This document shows, piece by piece, positions 46,701-59,787 of a stretch of 64,000 bases of DNA; positions within the stretch are counted from its first letter, which is position 1, and each line of letters begins with the position of its first letter. A model generated the notes under the pieces. The model searched no databases. It was not told where the DNA came from and worked only from the letters and a program-made list of their open reading frames with translations. Made by a program: the position numbers and the translations under genes. Origin of the DNA: Auanema rhodensis (taxonomy: Eukaryota > Animalia > Nematoda); the NCBI GenBank assembly GCA_964057225.1, contig OZ059895.1, forward strand, positions 13,144,001-13,208,000. The letters run 5' to 3'.

Positions 46701-49700
46701 TGTTTGTTTCAATAGGAAATAGATAGAAACAGTAAAGTTAAGATGAAGGTTCATAAACTACTGGTTTATAACTGTAATATAGAAATAAGATTGAAAATAT
46801 TTTGATGCCTTGGGTTGAGCTATCTAAGTAAAACTGCTGGAAAATTAAAAACATTTGTTACGGAAGAGATAAAATTGAAAATCAGCTGCATGGCGTACTT
46901 TCAACGTGGTATGGTCGTAAGCGAAAAAATCTGATATTCAATGATTTACATACTTATCCTCGTTATTGTTTTTTTTTTCCAATTTCATGTTAGTTATGTA
47001 ATTTTCTACGTTACATCTAAATTCCTCGATGATATCAAATCTTATGAGCTCCAAATACAATAAATTAAAAAAGGTTTCACAGTTGTATAGTGTTAAAACA
47101 ATGTTTGTTTCAATAGGAAATAGATAGAAACAGTAAAGTTAAGATGAAGGTTCATAAACTACTGGTTTATAACTGTAATATAGAAATAAGATTGAAGATA
47201 TTTTGATGCCTTGGGTTGAGCTATCTAAGTAAAACTGCTGGAAAATTAAAAACATTTGTTACTGAAGAGATAAAATTGAAAATCAGCTGCATGGCGTACT
47301 TTCAACGTGGTATGGTCGTAAGCGAAAAAATCTGATATTCAATGATTTACATACTTATCCTCGTTATTGTTTTTTTTTCAATTTCATGTTAGTTATGTAA
47401 TTTTCTACGTTACATCTAAATTCCTCGATGATATCAAATCTTATGAGCTCCAAATACAATAAATTAAAAAAGGTTTCACAGTTGTATAGTGTTTAAACAA
47501 TGTTTGTTTCAATAGGAAATAGATAGAAGCAGTAAAGTTAAGATGAAGGTTCATAAACTACTGGTTTATAACTGTAATATAGAAATAAGATTGAAGATAT
47601 TTTGATGCCTTGGGTTGAGCTATCTAAGTAAAACTGCTGGAAAATTAAAAACATTTGTTACTGAAGAGATAAAATTGAAAATCAGCTGCATTGCGTACTT
47701 TCAACGTGGTATGATCGTTAAAAAAATTTGAAAAGCTTACGGCACCCGGGATTCCCAAGCCGTCTTCGATCCAAGTACTAACCGAGCCCAACGTTGCTTG
47801 ACTTGCCAGATCGGACGCGATGGCGTACTTTCAACGTGGTATGGTCGTAAGCGAAAATACCTGATATTCAATGATTTACATACTTATCCTCGTTATTGTT
47901 TTTTTTCCAATTTCATGTTAGTTATGTAATTTTCTACGTTACATCTAAATTCCTCGATGATATCAAATCTTATGAGATCCAAATACAATAAATTAAAAAA
48001 GGTTTCACAGTTGTATAGTGTTAAAACAATGTTTGTTTCAATAGGAAATAGATAGAAACAGTAAAGTTAAGATGAAGGTTCATAAACTACTGGTTTATAA
48101 CTGTAATATAGAAATAAGATTGAAGATATTTTGATGCCTTGGGTTGAGCTATCTAAGTAAAACTGCTGGAAAATTAAAAATATTTGTTACGGAAGAGATA
48201 AAATTGAAAATCAGCTGCATTGAGTACTTTCAACGTGGTATGATCGTTAAATAAATTTGAAAAGCTTACGGCAGGCGGGATTCCCAAGCCGTCTCCGATC
48301 CAAGTACTAACCGGGTCCAACGTTGCTTGACTTGCCAGATCGGACGAGATGGCGTACTTTCAACGTGGTATGGTCGTAAGCGAAAATACCTGATATTCAA
48401 TGATTTACATACTTATCCTCGTTATTGTTTTTTTTCCAATTTCATGTTAGTTATGTAATTTTCTACGTTACATCTAAATCCCTCGATGATATCAAATCTT
48501 ATGAGATCCAAATACAATAAATTAAAAAAGGTTTCACAGTTGTATAGTGTTTAAACAATGTTTGTTTCAATAGGAAATAGATAGAAACAGTAAAGTTAAG
48601 ATGAAGGTTCATAAACTACTGGTTTATAACTGTAATATAGAAATAAGATTGAAGATATTTTGATGCCTTGGGTTGAGCTATCTAAGTAAAACTGCTGGAA
48701 AATTAAAAACATTTGTTACGGAAGAGATAAAATTGAAAATCAGCTGCATGGCGTACTTTCAACGTGGTATGGTCGTAAGCGAAAAAATCTGATATTCAAT
48801 GATTTACATACTTATCCTCGTTATTGTTTTTTTTTCAATTTCATGTTAGTTATGTAATTTTCTACGTTACATCTAAATTCCTCGATGATATCAAATCTTA
48901 TGAGCTCCAAATACAATAAATTAAAAAAGGTTTCACAGTTGTATAGTGTTAAAACAATGTTTGTTTCAATAGGAAATAGATAGAAACAGTAAAGTTAAGA
49001 TGAAGGTTCATAAACTACTGGTTTATATCTGTAATATAGAAATAAGATTGAAGATATTTTGATGCCTTGGGTTGAGCTATCTAAGTAAAACTGCTGGAAA
49101 ATTAAAAACATTTGTTACTGAAGAGATAAAATTGAAAATCAGCTGCATGGCGTACTTTCAACGTGGTATGATCGTTAAAAAAATTTGAAAAGCTTACGGC
49201 ACCCGGGATTCCCAAGCCGTCTCCGATCCAAGTACTAACCGAGCCCAACGTTGCTTGACTTGCCAGATCGGACGGGATGGCGTACTTTCAACGTGGTATG
49301 GTCGTAAGCGAAAATACCTGATATTCAATGATTTACATACTTATCCTCGTTATTGTTTTTTTTCCAATTTCATGTTAGTTATGTAATTTTCTACGTTACA
49401 TCTAAATCCCTCGATGATATCAAATCTTATGAGATCCAAATACAATAAATTAAAAAAGGTTTCACAGTTGTATAGTGTTTAAACAATGTTTGTTTCAATA
49501 GGAAATAGATAGAAACAGTAAAGTTAAGATGAAGGTTCATAAACTACTGGTTTATAACTGTAATATAGAAATAAGATTGAAGATATTTTGATGCCTTGGG
49601 TTGAGCTATCTAAGTAAAACTGCTGGAAAATTAAAAACTTTTGTTACGGAAGAGATAAAATTGAAAATCAGCTGCATGGCGTACTTTCAACGTGGTATGG

Positions 49701-52700
49701 TCGTAAGCGAAAAAATCTGATATTCAATGATTTACATACTTATCCTCGTTATTGTTTTTTTTCCAATTTCATGTTAGTTATGTAATTTTCTACGTTACAT
49801 CTAAATTCCTCGATGATATCAAATCTTATGAGCTCCAAATACAATAAATTAAAAAAGGTTTCACAGATGTATAGTGTTAAAACAATGTTTGTTTCAATAG
49901 GAAATAGATAGAAACAGTAAAGTTAAGATGAAGGTTCATAAACTACTGGTTTATAACTGTAATATAGAAATAAGATTGAAGATATTTTGATGCCTTGGGT
50001 TGAGCTATCTAAGTAAAACTGCTGGAAAATTATAAACATTTGTTACGGAAGAGATAAAATTGAAAATCAGCTGCATTGAGTACTTTCAACGTGGTATGAT
50101 CGTTAAAAAAATTTGAAAAGCTTACGGCAGGCGGGATTCCCAAGCCGTCTCCGATCCAAGTACTAACCGGGCCCAACGTTGCTTGACTTGCCAGATCGGA
50201 CGGGATGGCGTACTTTCAACGTGGTATGGTCGTAAGCGAAAATACCTGATATTCAATGATTTACATACTTATCCTCGTTATTGTTTTTTTTCCAATTTCA
50301 TGTTAGTTATGTAATTTTCTACGTTACATCTAAATCCCTCGATGATATCAAATCTTATGAGATCCAAATACAATAAATTAAAAAAGGTTTCACAGTTGTA
50401 TAGTGTTTAAACAATGTTTGTTTCAATAGGAAATAGATAGAAACAGTAAAGTTAAGATGAAGGTTCATAAACTACTGGTTTATAACTGTAATATAGAAAT
50501 AAGATTGAAGATATTTTGATGCCTTGGGTTGAGCTATCTAAGTAAAACTGCTGGAAAATTAAAAACATTTGTTACGGAAGAGATAAAATTGAAAATCAGC
50601 TGCATGGCGTACTTTCAACGTGGTATGGTCGTAAGCGAAAATACCTGATATTCAATGATTTACATACTTATCCTCGTTATTGTTTTTTTTCCAATTTCAT
50701 GTTAGTTATGTAATTTTCTACGTTACATCTAAATCCCTCGATGATATCAAATCTTATGAGATCCAAATACAATAAATTAAAAAAGGTTTCACAGTTGTAT
50801 AGTGTTTAAACAATGTTTGTTTCAATAGGAAATAGATAGAAACAGTAAAGTTAAGATGAAGGTTCATAAACTACTGGTTTATAACTGTAATATAGAAATA
50901 AGATTGAAGATATTTTGATGCCTTGGGTTGAGCTATCTAAGTAAAACTGCTGGAAAATTATAAACATTTGTTACGGAAGAGATAAAATTGAAAATCAGCT
51001 GCATTGAGTACTTTCAACGTGGTATGATCGTTAAAAAAATTTGAAAAGCTTACGGCAGGCGGGATTCCCAAGCCGTCTCCGATCCAAGTACTAACCGGGC
51101 CCAACGTTGCTTGACTTGCCAGATCGGACGGGATGGCGTACTTTCAACGTGGTATGGTCGTAAGCGAAAATACCTGATATTCAATGATTTACATACTTAT
51201 CCTCGTTATTGTTTTTTTTCCAATTTCATGTTAGTTATGTAATTTTCTACGTTACATCTAAATCCCTCGATGATATCAAATCTTATGAGATCCAAATACA
51301 ATAAATTAAAAAAGGTTTCACAGTTGTATAGTGTTTAAACAATGTTTGTTTCAATAGGAAATAGATAGAAACAGTAAAGTTAAGATGAAGGTTCATAAAC
51401 TACTGGTTTATAACTGTAATATAGAAATAAGATTGAAGATATTTTGATGCCTTGGGTTGAGCTATCTAAGTAAAACTGCTGGAAAATTAAAAACATTTGT
51501 TACGGAAGAGATAAAATTGAAAATCAGCTGCATGGCGTACTTTCAACGTGGTATGGTCGTAAGCGAAAAAATCTGATATTCAATGATTTACATACTTATC
51601 CTCGTTATTGTTTTTTTTTCAATTTCATGTTAGTTATGTAATTTTCTACGTTACATCTAAATCCCTCGATGATATCAAATCTTATGAGATCCAAATACAA
51701 TAAATTAAAAAAGGTTTCACAGTTGTATAGTGTTTAAACAATGTTTGTTTCAATAGGAAATAGATAGAAACAGTAAAGTTAAGATGAAGGTTCATAAACT
51801 ACTGGTTTATAACTGTAATATAGAAATAAGATTGAAGATATTTTGATGCCTTGGGTTGAGCTATCTAAGTAAAACTGCTGGAAAATTAAAAACATTTGTT
51901 ACGGAAGAGATAAAATTGAAAATCAGCTGCATTGAGTACTTTCAACGTGGTATGATCGTTAAAAAAATTTGAAAAGCTTACGGCAGGCGGGATTCCCAAG
52001 CCGTCTCCGATCCAAGTACTAACCGGGCCCAACGTTGCTTGACTTGCCAGATCGGACGGGATGGCGTACTTTCAACGTGGTATGGTCGTAAGCGAAAATA
52101 CCTGATATTCAATGATTTACATACTTATCCTCGTTATTGTTTTTTTTCCAATTTCATGTTAGTTATGTAATTTTCTACGTTACATCTAAATCCCTCGATG
52201 ATATCAAATCTTATGAGATCCAAATACAATAAATTAAAAAAGGTTTCACAGTTGTATAGTGTTTAAACAATGTTTGTTTCAATAGGAAATAGATAGAAAC
52301 AGTAAAGTTAAGATGAAGGTTCATAAACTACTGGTTTATAACTGTAATATAGAAATAAGATTGAAAATATTTTGATGCCTTGGGTTGAGCTATCTAAGTA
52401 AAACTGCTGGAAAATTAAAAACATTTGTTACGGAAGAGATAAAATTGAAAATCAGCTGCATGGCGTACTTTCAACGTGGTATGGTCGTAAGCGAAAAAAT
52501 CTGATATTCAATGATTTACATACTTATCCTCGTTATTGTTTTTTTTTTCCAATTTCATGTTAGTTATGTAATTTTCTACGTTACATCTAAATTCCTCGAT
52601 GATATCAAATCTTATGAGCTCCAAATACAATAAATTAAAAAAGGTTTCACAGTTGTATAGTGTTAAAACAATGTTTGTTTCAATAGGAAATAGATAGAAA

Positions 52701-55700
52701 CAGTAAAGTTAAGATGAAGGTTCATAAACTACTGGTTTATAACTGTAATATAGAAATAAGATTGAAGATATTTTGATGCCTTGGGTTGAGCTATCTAAGT
52801 AAAACTGCTGGAAAATTAAAAACATTTGTTACTGAAGAGATAAAATTGAAAATCAGCTGCATGGCGTACTTTCAACGTGGTATGGTCGTAAGCGAAAAAA
52901 TCTGATATTCAATGATTTACATACTTATCCTCGTTATTGTTTTTTTTTCAATTTCATGTTAGTTATGTAATTTTCTACGTTACATCTAAATTCCTCGATG
53001 ATATCAAATCTTATGAGCTCCAAATACAATAAATTAAAAAAGGTTTCACAGTTGTATAGTGTTTAAACAATGTTTGTTTCAATAGGAAATAGATAGAAAC
53101 AGTAAAGTTAAGATGAAGGTTCATAAACTACTGGTTTATAACTGTAATATAGAAATAAGATTGAAGATATTTTGATGCCTTGGGTTGAGCTATCTAAGTA
53201 AAACTGCTGGAAAATTAAAAACATTTGTTACGGAAGAGATAAAATTGAAAATCAGCTGCATTGCGTACTTTCAACGTGGTATGATCGTTAAAAAAATTTG
53301 AAAAGCTTACGGCACCCGGGATTCCCAAGCCGTCTCCGATCCAAGTACTAACCGGGCCCAACGTTGCTTGACTTGCCAGATCGGACGAGATGGCGTACTT
53401 TCAACGTGGTATGGTCGTAAGCGAAAATACCTGATATTCAATGATTTACATACTTATCCTCGTTATTGTTTTTTTCCAATTTCATGTTAGTTATGTAATT
53501 TTCTACGTTACATCTAAATCCCTCGATGATATCAAATCTTATGAGATCCAAATACAATAAATTAAAAAAGGTTTCACAGTTGTATAGTGTTTAAACAATG
53601 TTTGTTTCAATAGGAAATAGATAGAAACAGTAAAGTTAAGATGAAGGTTCATAAACTACTGGTTTATAACTGTAATATAGAAATAAGATTGAAGATATTT
53701 TGATGCCTTGGGTTGAGCTATCTAAGTAAAACTGCTGGAAAATTAAAAACATTTGTTACGGAAGAGATAAAATTGAAAATCAGCTGCATGGCGTACTTTC
53801 AACGTGGTATGGTCGTAAGCGAAAAAATCTGATATTCAATGATTTACATACTTATCCTCGTTATTGTTTTTTTTTCAATTTCATGTTAGTTATGTAATTT
53901 TCTACGTTACATCTAAATTCCTCGATGATATCAAATCTTATCAGCTCCAAATACAATAAATTAAAAAAGGTTTCACAGTTGTATAGTGTTAAAACAATGT
54001 TTGTTTCAATAGGAAATAGATAGAAACAGTAAAGTTAAGATGAAGGTTCATAAACTACTGGTTTATAACTGTAATATAGAAATAAGATTGAAGATATTTT
54101 GATGCCTTGGGTTGAGCTATCTAAGTAAAACTGCTGGAAAATTAAAAACATTTGTTACTGAAGAGATAAAATTGAAAATCAGCTGCATGGCGTACTTTCA
54201 ACGTGGTATGATCGTTAAAAAAATTTGAAAAGCTTACGGCAGGCGGGATTCCCAAGCCGTCTCCGATCCAAGTACTAACCGGGCCCAACGTTGCTTGACT
54301 TGCCAGATCGGACGGGATGGCGTACTTTCAACGTGGTATGGTCGTAAGCGAAAAAATCTGATATTCAATGATTTACATACTTATCCTCGTTATTGTTTTT
54401 TTTTCAATTTCATGTTAGTTATGTAATTTTCTACGTTACATCTAAATCCCTCGATGATATCAAATCTTATGAGATCCAAATACATTAAATTAAAAAAGGT
54501 TTCACAGTTGTATAGTGTTTAAACAATGTTTGTTTCAATAGGAAATAGATAGAAACAGTAAAGTTAAGATGAAGGTCCATAAACTACTGGTTTATAACTG
54601 TAATATAGAAATAAGATTGAAGATATTTTGATGCCTTGGGTTGAGCTATCTAAGTAAAACTGCTGGAAAATTATAAACATTTGTTACGGAAGAGATAAAA
54701 TTGAAAATCAGCTGCATTGAGTACTTTCAACGTGGTATGATCGTTAAAAAAATTTGAAAAGCTTACGGCAGGCGGGATTCCCAAGCCGTCTCCGATCCAA
54801 GTACTAACCGGGCCCAACGTTGCTTGACTTGCCAGATCGGACGGGATGGCGTACTTTCAACGTGGTATGGTCGTAAGCGAAAATACCTGATATTCAATGA
54901 TTTACATACTTATCCTCGTTATTGTTTTTTTTCCAATTTCATGTTAGTTATGTAATTTTCTACGTTACATCTAAATCCCTCGATGATATCAAATCTTATG
55001 AGATCCAAATACAATAAATTAAAAAAGGTTTCACAGTTGTATAGTGTTTAAACAATGTTTGTTTCAATAGGAAATAGATAGAAACAGTAAAGTTAAGATG
55101 AAGGTTCATAAACTACTGGTTTATAACTGTAATATAGAAATAAGATTGAAGATATTTTGATGCCTTGGGTTGAGCTATCTAAGTAAAACTGCTGGAAAAT
55201 TAAAAACATTTGTTACGGAAGAGATAAAATTGAAAATCAGCTGCATGGCGTACTTTCAACGTGGTATGGTCGTAAGCGAAAAAATCTGATATTCAATGAT
55301 TTACATACTTATCCTCGTTATTGTTTTTTTTCCAATTTCATGTTAGTTATGTAATTTTCTACGTTACATCTAAATTCCTCGATGATATCAAATCTTATGA
55401 GCTCCAAATACAATAAATTAAAAAAGGTTTCACAGTTGTATAGTGTTTAAACAATGTTTGTTTCAATAGAAAATAGATAGAAACAGTAAAGTTAAGATGA
55501 AGGTTCATAAACTACTGGTTTATAACTGTAGTATAGAAATAAGATTGAAGATATTTTGATGCCTTGGGTTGAGCTATCTAAGTAAAACTGCTGGAAAATT
55601 AAAAACATTTGTTACGGAAGAGATAAAATTGAAAATCAGCTGCATTGCGTACTTTCAACGTGGTATGGTCGTAAGCGAAAATACCTGATATTCAATGATT

Positions 55701-58700
55701 TACATACTTATCCTCGTTATTGTTTTTTTTCCAATTTCATGTTAGTTATGTAATTTTCTACGTTACATCTAAATTCCTCGATGATATCAAATCTTATGAG
55801 CTCCAAATACAATAAATTAAAAAAGGTTTCACAGTTGTATAGTGTTAAAACAATGTTTGTTTCAATAGGAAATAGATAGAAACAGTAAAGTTAAGATGAA
55901 GGTTCATAAACTACTGGTTTATAACTGTAATATAGAAATAAGATTGAAGATATTTTGATGCCTTGGGTTGAGCTATCTAAGTAAAACTGCTGGAAAATTA
56001 AAAACATTTGTTACGGAAGAGATAAAATTGAAAATCAGCTGCATTGCGTACTTTCAATGTGGTATGATCGTTAAAAAAATTTGAAAAGCTTACGGCACCC
56101 GGGATTCCCAAGCCGTCTCCGATCCAAGTACTAACCGGGCCCAACGTTGCTTGACTTCCCAGATCGGACGGGATGGCGTACTTTCAACGTGGTATGGTCG
56201 TAAGCGAAAATACCTGATATTCAATGATTTACATACTTATCCTCGTTATTGTTTTTTTTCCAATTTCATGTTAGTTATGTAATTTTCTACGTTACATCTA
56301 AATTCCTCGATGATATCAAATCTTATGAGCTCCAAATACAATAAATTAAAAAAGGTTTCACAGTTGTATAGTGTTAAAACAATGTTTGTTTCAATAGGAA
56401 ATAGATAGAAACAGTAAAGTTAAGATGAAGGTTCATGAACTACTGGTTTATAACTGTAATATAGAAATAAGATTGAAGATATTTTGATGCCTCGGGTTGA
56501 GCTATCTAAGTAAAACTGCTGGAAAATTAAAAACATTTGTTACGGAAGAGATAAAATTGAAAATCAGCTGCATGGCGTACTTTCAACGTGGTATGGTCGT
56601 AAGCGAAAAAATCTGATATTCAATGATTTACATACTTATCCTCGTTATTGTTTTTTTTCCAATTTCATGTTAGTTATGTAATTTTCTACGTTACATCTAA
56701 ATTCCTCGATGATATCAAATCTTATGAGCTCCAAATACAATAAATTAAAAAAGGTTTCACAGTTGTATAGTGTTAAAACAATGTTTGTTTCAATAGGAAA
56801 TAGATAGAAACAGTAAAAATAAGATGAAGGTTCATAAACTACTGGTTTATAACTGTAATATAGAAATAAGATTGAAGATATTTTGATGCCTTGGGTTGAG
56901 CTATCTAAGTAAAACTGCTGGAAAATTAAAAACATTTGTTACGGAAGAGATAAAATTGAAAATCAGCTGCATGGCGTACTTTCAACGTGGTATGGTCGTA
57001 AGCGAAAAAATCTGATATTCAATGATTTACATACTTATCCTCGTTATTGTTTTTTTTCCAATTTCATGTTAGTTATGTAATTTTCTACGTTACATCTAAA
57101 TTCCTCGATGATATCAAATCTTATGAGCTCCAAATACAATAAATTAAAAAAGGTTTCACAGTTGTATAGTGTTTAAACAATGTTTGTTTCAATAGAAAAT
57201 AGATAGAAACAGTAAAGTTAAGATGAAGGTTCATAAACTACTGGTTTATAACTGTAGTATAGAAATAAGATTGAAGATATTTTGATGCCTTGGGTTGAGC
57301 TATCTAAGTAAAACTGCTGGAAAATTAAAAACATTTGTTACGGAAGAGATAAAATTGAAAATCAGCTGCATTGCGTACTTTCAACGTGGTATGGTCGTAA
57401 GCGAAAATACCTGATATTCAATGATTTACATACTTATCCTCGTTATTGTTTTTTTTCCAATTTCATGTTAGTTATGTAGTTTTCTACGTTACATCTAAAT
57501 TCCTCGATGATATCAAATCTTATGAGCTCCAAATACAATAAATTAAAAAAGGTTTCACAGTTGTATAGTGTTAAAACAATGTTTGTTTCAATAGGAAATA
57601 GATAGAAACAGTAAAGTTAAGATGAAGGTTCATAAACTACTGGTTTATAACTGTAATATAGAAATAAGATTGAAGATATTTTGATGCCTCGGGTTGAGCT
57701 ATCTAAGTAAAACTGCTGGAAAATTAAAAACATTTGTTACTGAAGAGATAAAATTGAAAATCAGCTGCATGGCGTACTTTCAACGTGGTATGATCGTTAA
57801 AAAAATTTGAAAAGCTTACGGCACCCGGGATTCCCAAGCCGTCTCCGATTCAAGTACTAACCGGGCCCAACGTTGCTTGACTTGCCAGATCGGACGGGAT
57901 GGCGTACTTTCAACGTGGTATGGTCGTAAGCGAAAATACCTGATATTCAATGATTTACATATTTATCCTCGTTATTGTTTTTTTTCCAATTTCATGTTAG
58001 TTATGTAATTTTCTACGTTACATCTAAATTCCTCGATGATATCAAATCTTATGAGCTCCAAATACAATAAATTAAAAAAGGTTTCACAGTTGTATAGTGT
58101 TAAAACAATGTTTGTTTCAATAGGAAATAGATAGAAACAGTAAAAATAAGATGAAGGTTCATAAACTACTGGTTTATAACTGTAATATAGAAATAAGATT
58201 GAAGATATTTTGATGCCTTGGGTTGAGCTATCTAAGTAAAACTGCTGGAAAATTAAAAACATTTGTTACGGAAGAGATAAAATTGAAAATCAGCTGCATG
58301 GCGTACTTTCAACGTGGTATGGTCGTAAGCGAAAAAATCTGATATTCAATGATTTACATACTTATCCTCGTTATTGTTTTTTTTCCAATTTCATGTTAGT
58401 TATGTAATTTTCTACGTTACATCTAAATTCCTCGATGATATCAAATCTTATGAGCTCCAAATACAATAAATTAAAAAAGGTTTCACAGTTGTATAGTGTT
58501 TAAACAATGTTTGTTTCAATAGAAAATAGATAGAAACAGTAAAGTTAAGATGAAGGTTCATAAACTACTGGTTTATAACTGTAGTATAGAAATAAGATTG
58601 AAGATATTTTGATGCCTTGGGTTGAGCTATCTAAGTAAAACTGCTGGAAAATTAAAAACATTTGTTACGGAAGAGATAAAATTGAAAATCAGCTGCATTG

Positions 58701-59668
58701 CGTACTTTCAACGTGGTATGGTCGTAAGCGAAAATACCTGATATTCAATGATTTACATACTTATCCTCGTTATTGTTTTTTTTCCAATTTCATGTTAGTT
58801 ATGTAGTTTTCTACGTTACATCTAAATTCCTCGATGATATCAAATCTTATGAGCTCCAAATACAATAAATTAAAAAAGGTTCCACAGTTGTATAGTGTTA
58901 AAACAATGTTTGTTTCAATAGGAAATAGATAGAAACAGTAAAGTTAAGATGAAGGTTCATAAACTACTGGTTTATAACTGTAATATAGAAATAAGATTGA
59001 AGATATTTTGATGCCTCGGGTTGAGCTATCTAAGTAAAACTGCTGGAAAATTAAAAACATTTGTTACTGAAGAGATAAAATTGAAAATCAGCTGCATGGC
59101 GTACTTTCAACGTGGTATGATCGTTAAAAAAATTTGAAAAGCTTACGGCACCCGGGATTCCCAAGCCGTCTCCGATTCAAGTACTAACCGGGCCCAACGT
59201 TGCTTGACTTGCCAGATCGGACGGGATGGCGTACTTTCAACGTGGTATGGTCGTAAGCGAAAATACCTGATATTCAATGATTTACATATTTATCCTCGTT
59301 ATTGTTTTTTTTCCAATTTCATGTTAGTTATGTAATTTTCTACGTTACATCTAAATTCCTCGATGATATCAAATCTTATGAGCTCCAAATACAATAAATT
59401 AAAAAAGGTTTCACAGTTGTATAGTGTTAAAACAATGTTTGTTTCAATAGGAAATAGATAGAAACAGTAAAGTTAAGATGAAGGTTCATAAACTACTGGT
59501 TTATAACTGTAATATAGAAATAAGATTGAAGATATTTTGATGCCTCGGGTTGAGCTATCTAAGTAAAACTGCTAGAAAATTAAAAACATTTGTTACTGAA
59601 GAGATAAAATTGAAAATCAGCTGCATGGCGTACTTTCAGCGTGGTATGATCGTTAAAAAAATTTGAAA

Positions 59669-59787
59669 AGCTTACGGCACCCGGGATTCCCAAGCCGTCT
59701 CCGATCCAAGTACTAACCGGGCCCAACGTTGCTTGACTTGCCAGATCGGACGGGATGGCGTACTTTCAACGTGGTATGGTCGTAAGC
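59669..59787 (-). rRNA. 5S ribosomal RNA
   Basis: 119-nt consensus-type copy in the monomeric 529-bp zone. Confidence 0.95.

Noticed and set aside
56645-58262. Two identical 96-aa minus-strand ORFs (56645-56935, 57972-58262)
   Set aside because: They are 5S spacer sequence in which a local variant (cagtaaaaataag) removes the TAA present in other units. The F/Y/I/L-biased translation is typical of AT-rich noncoding DNA.
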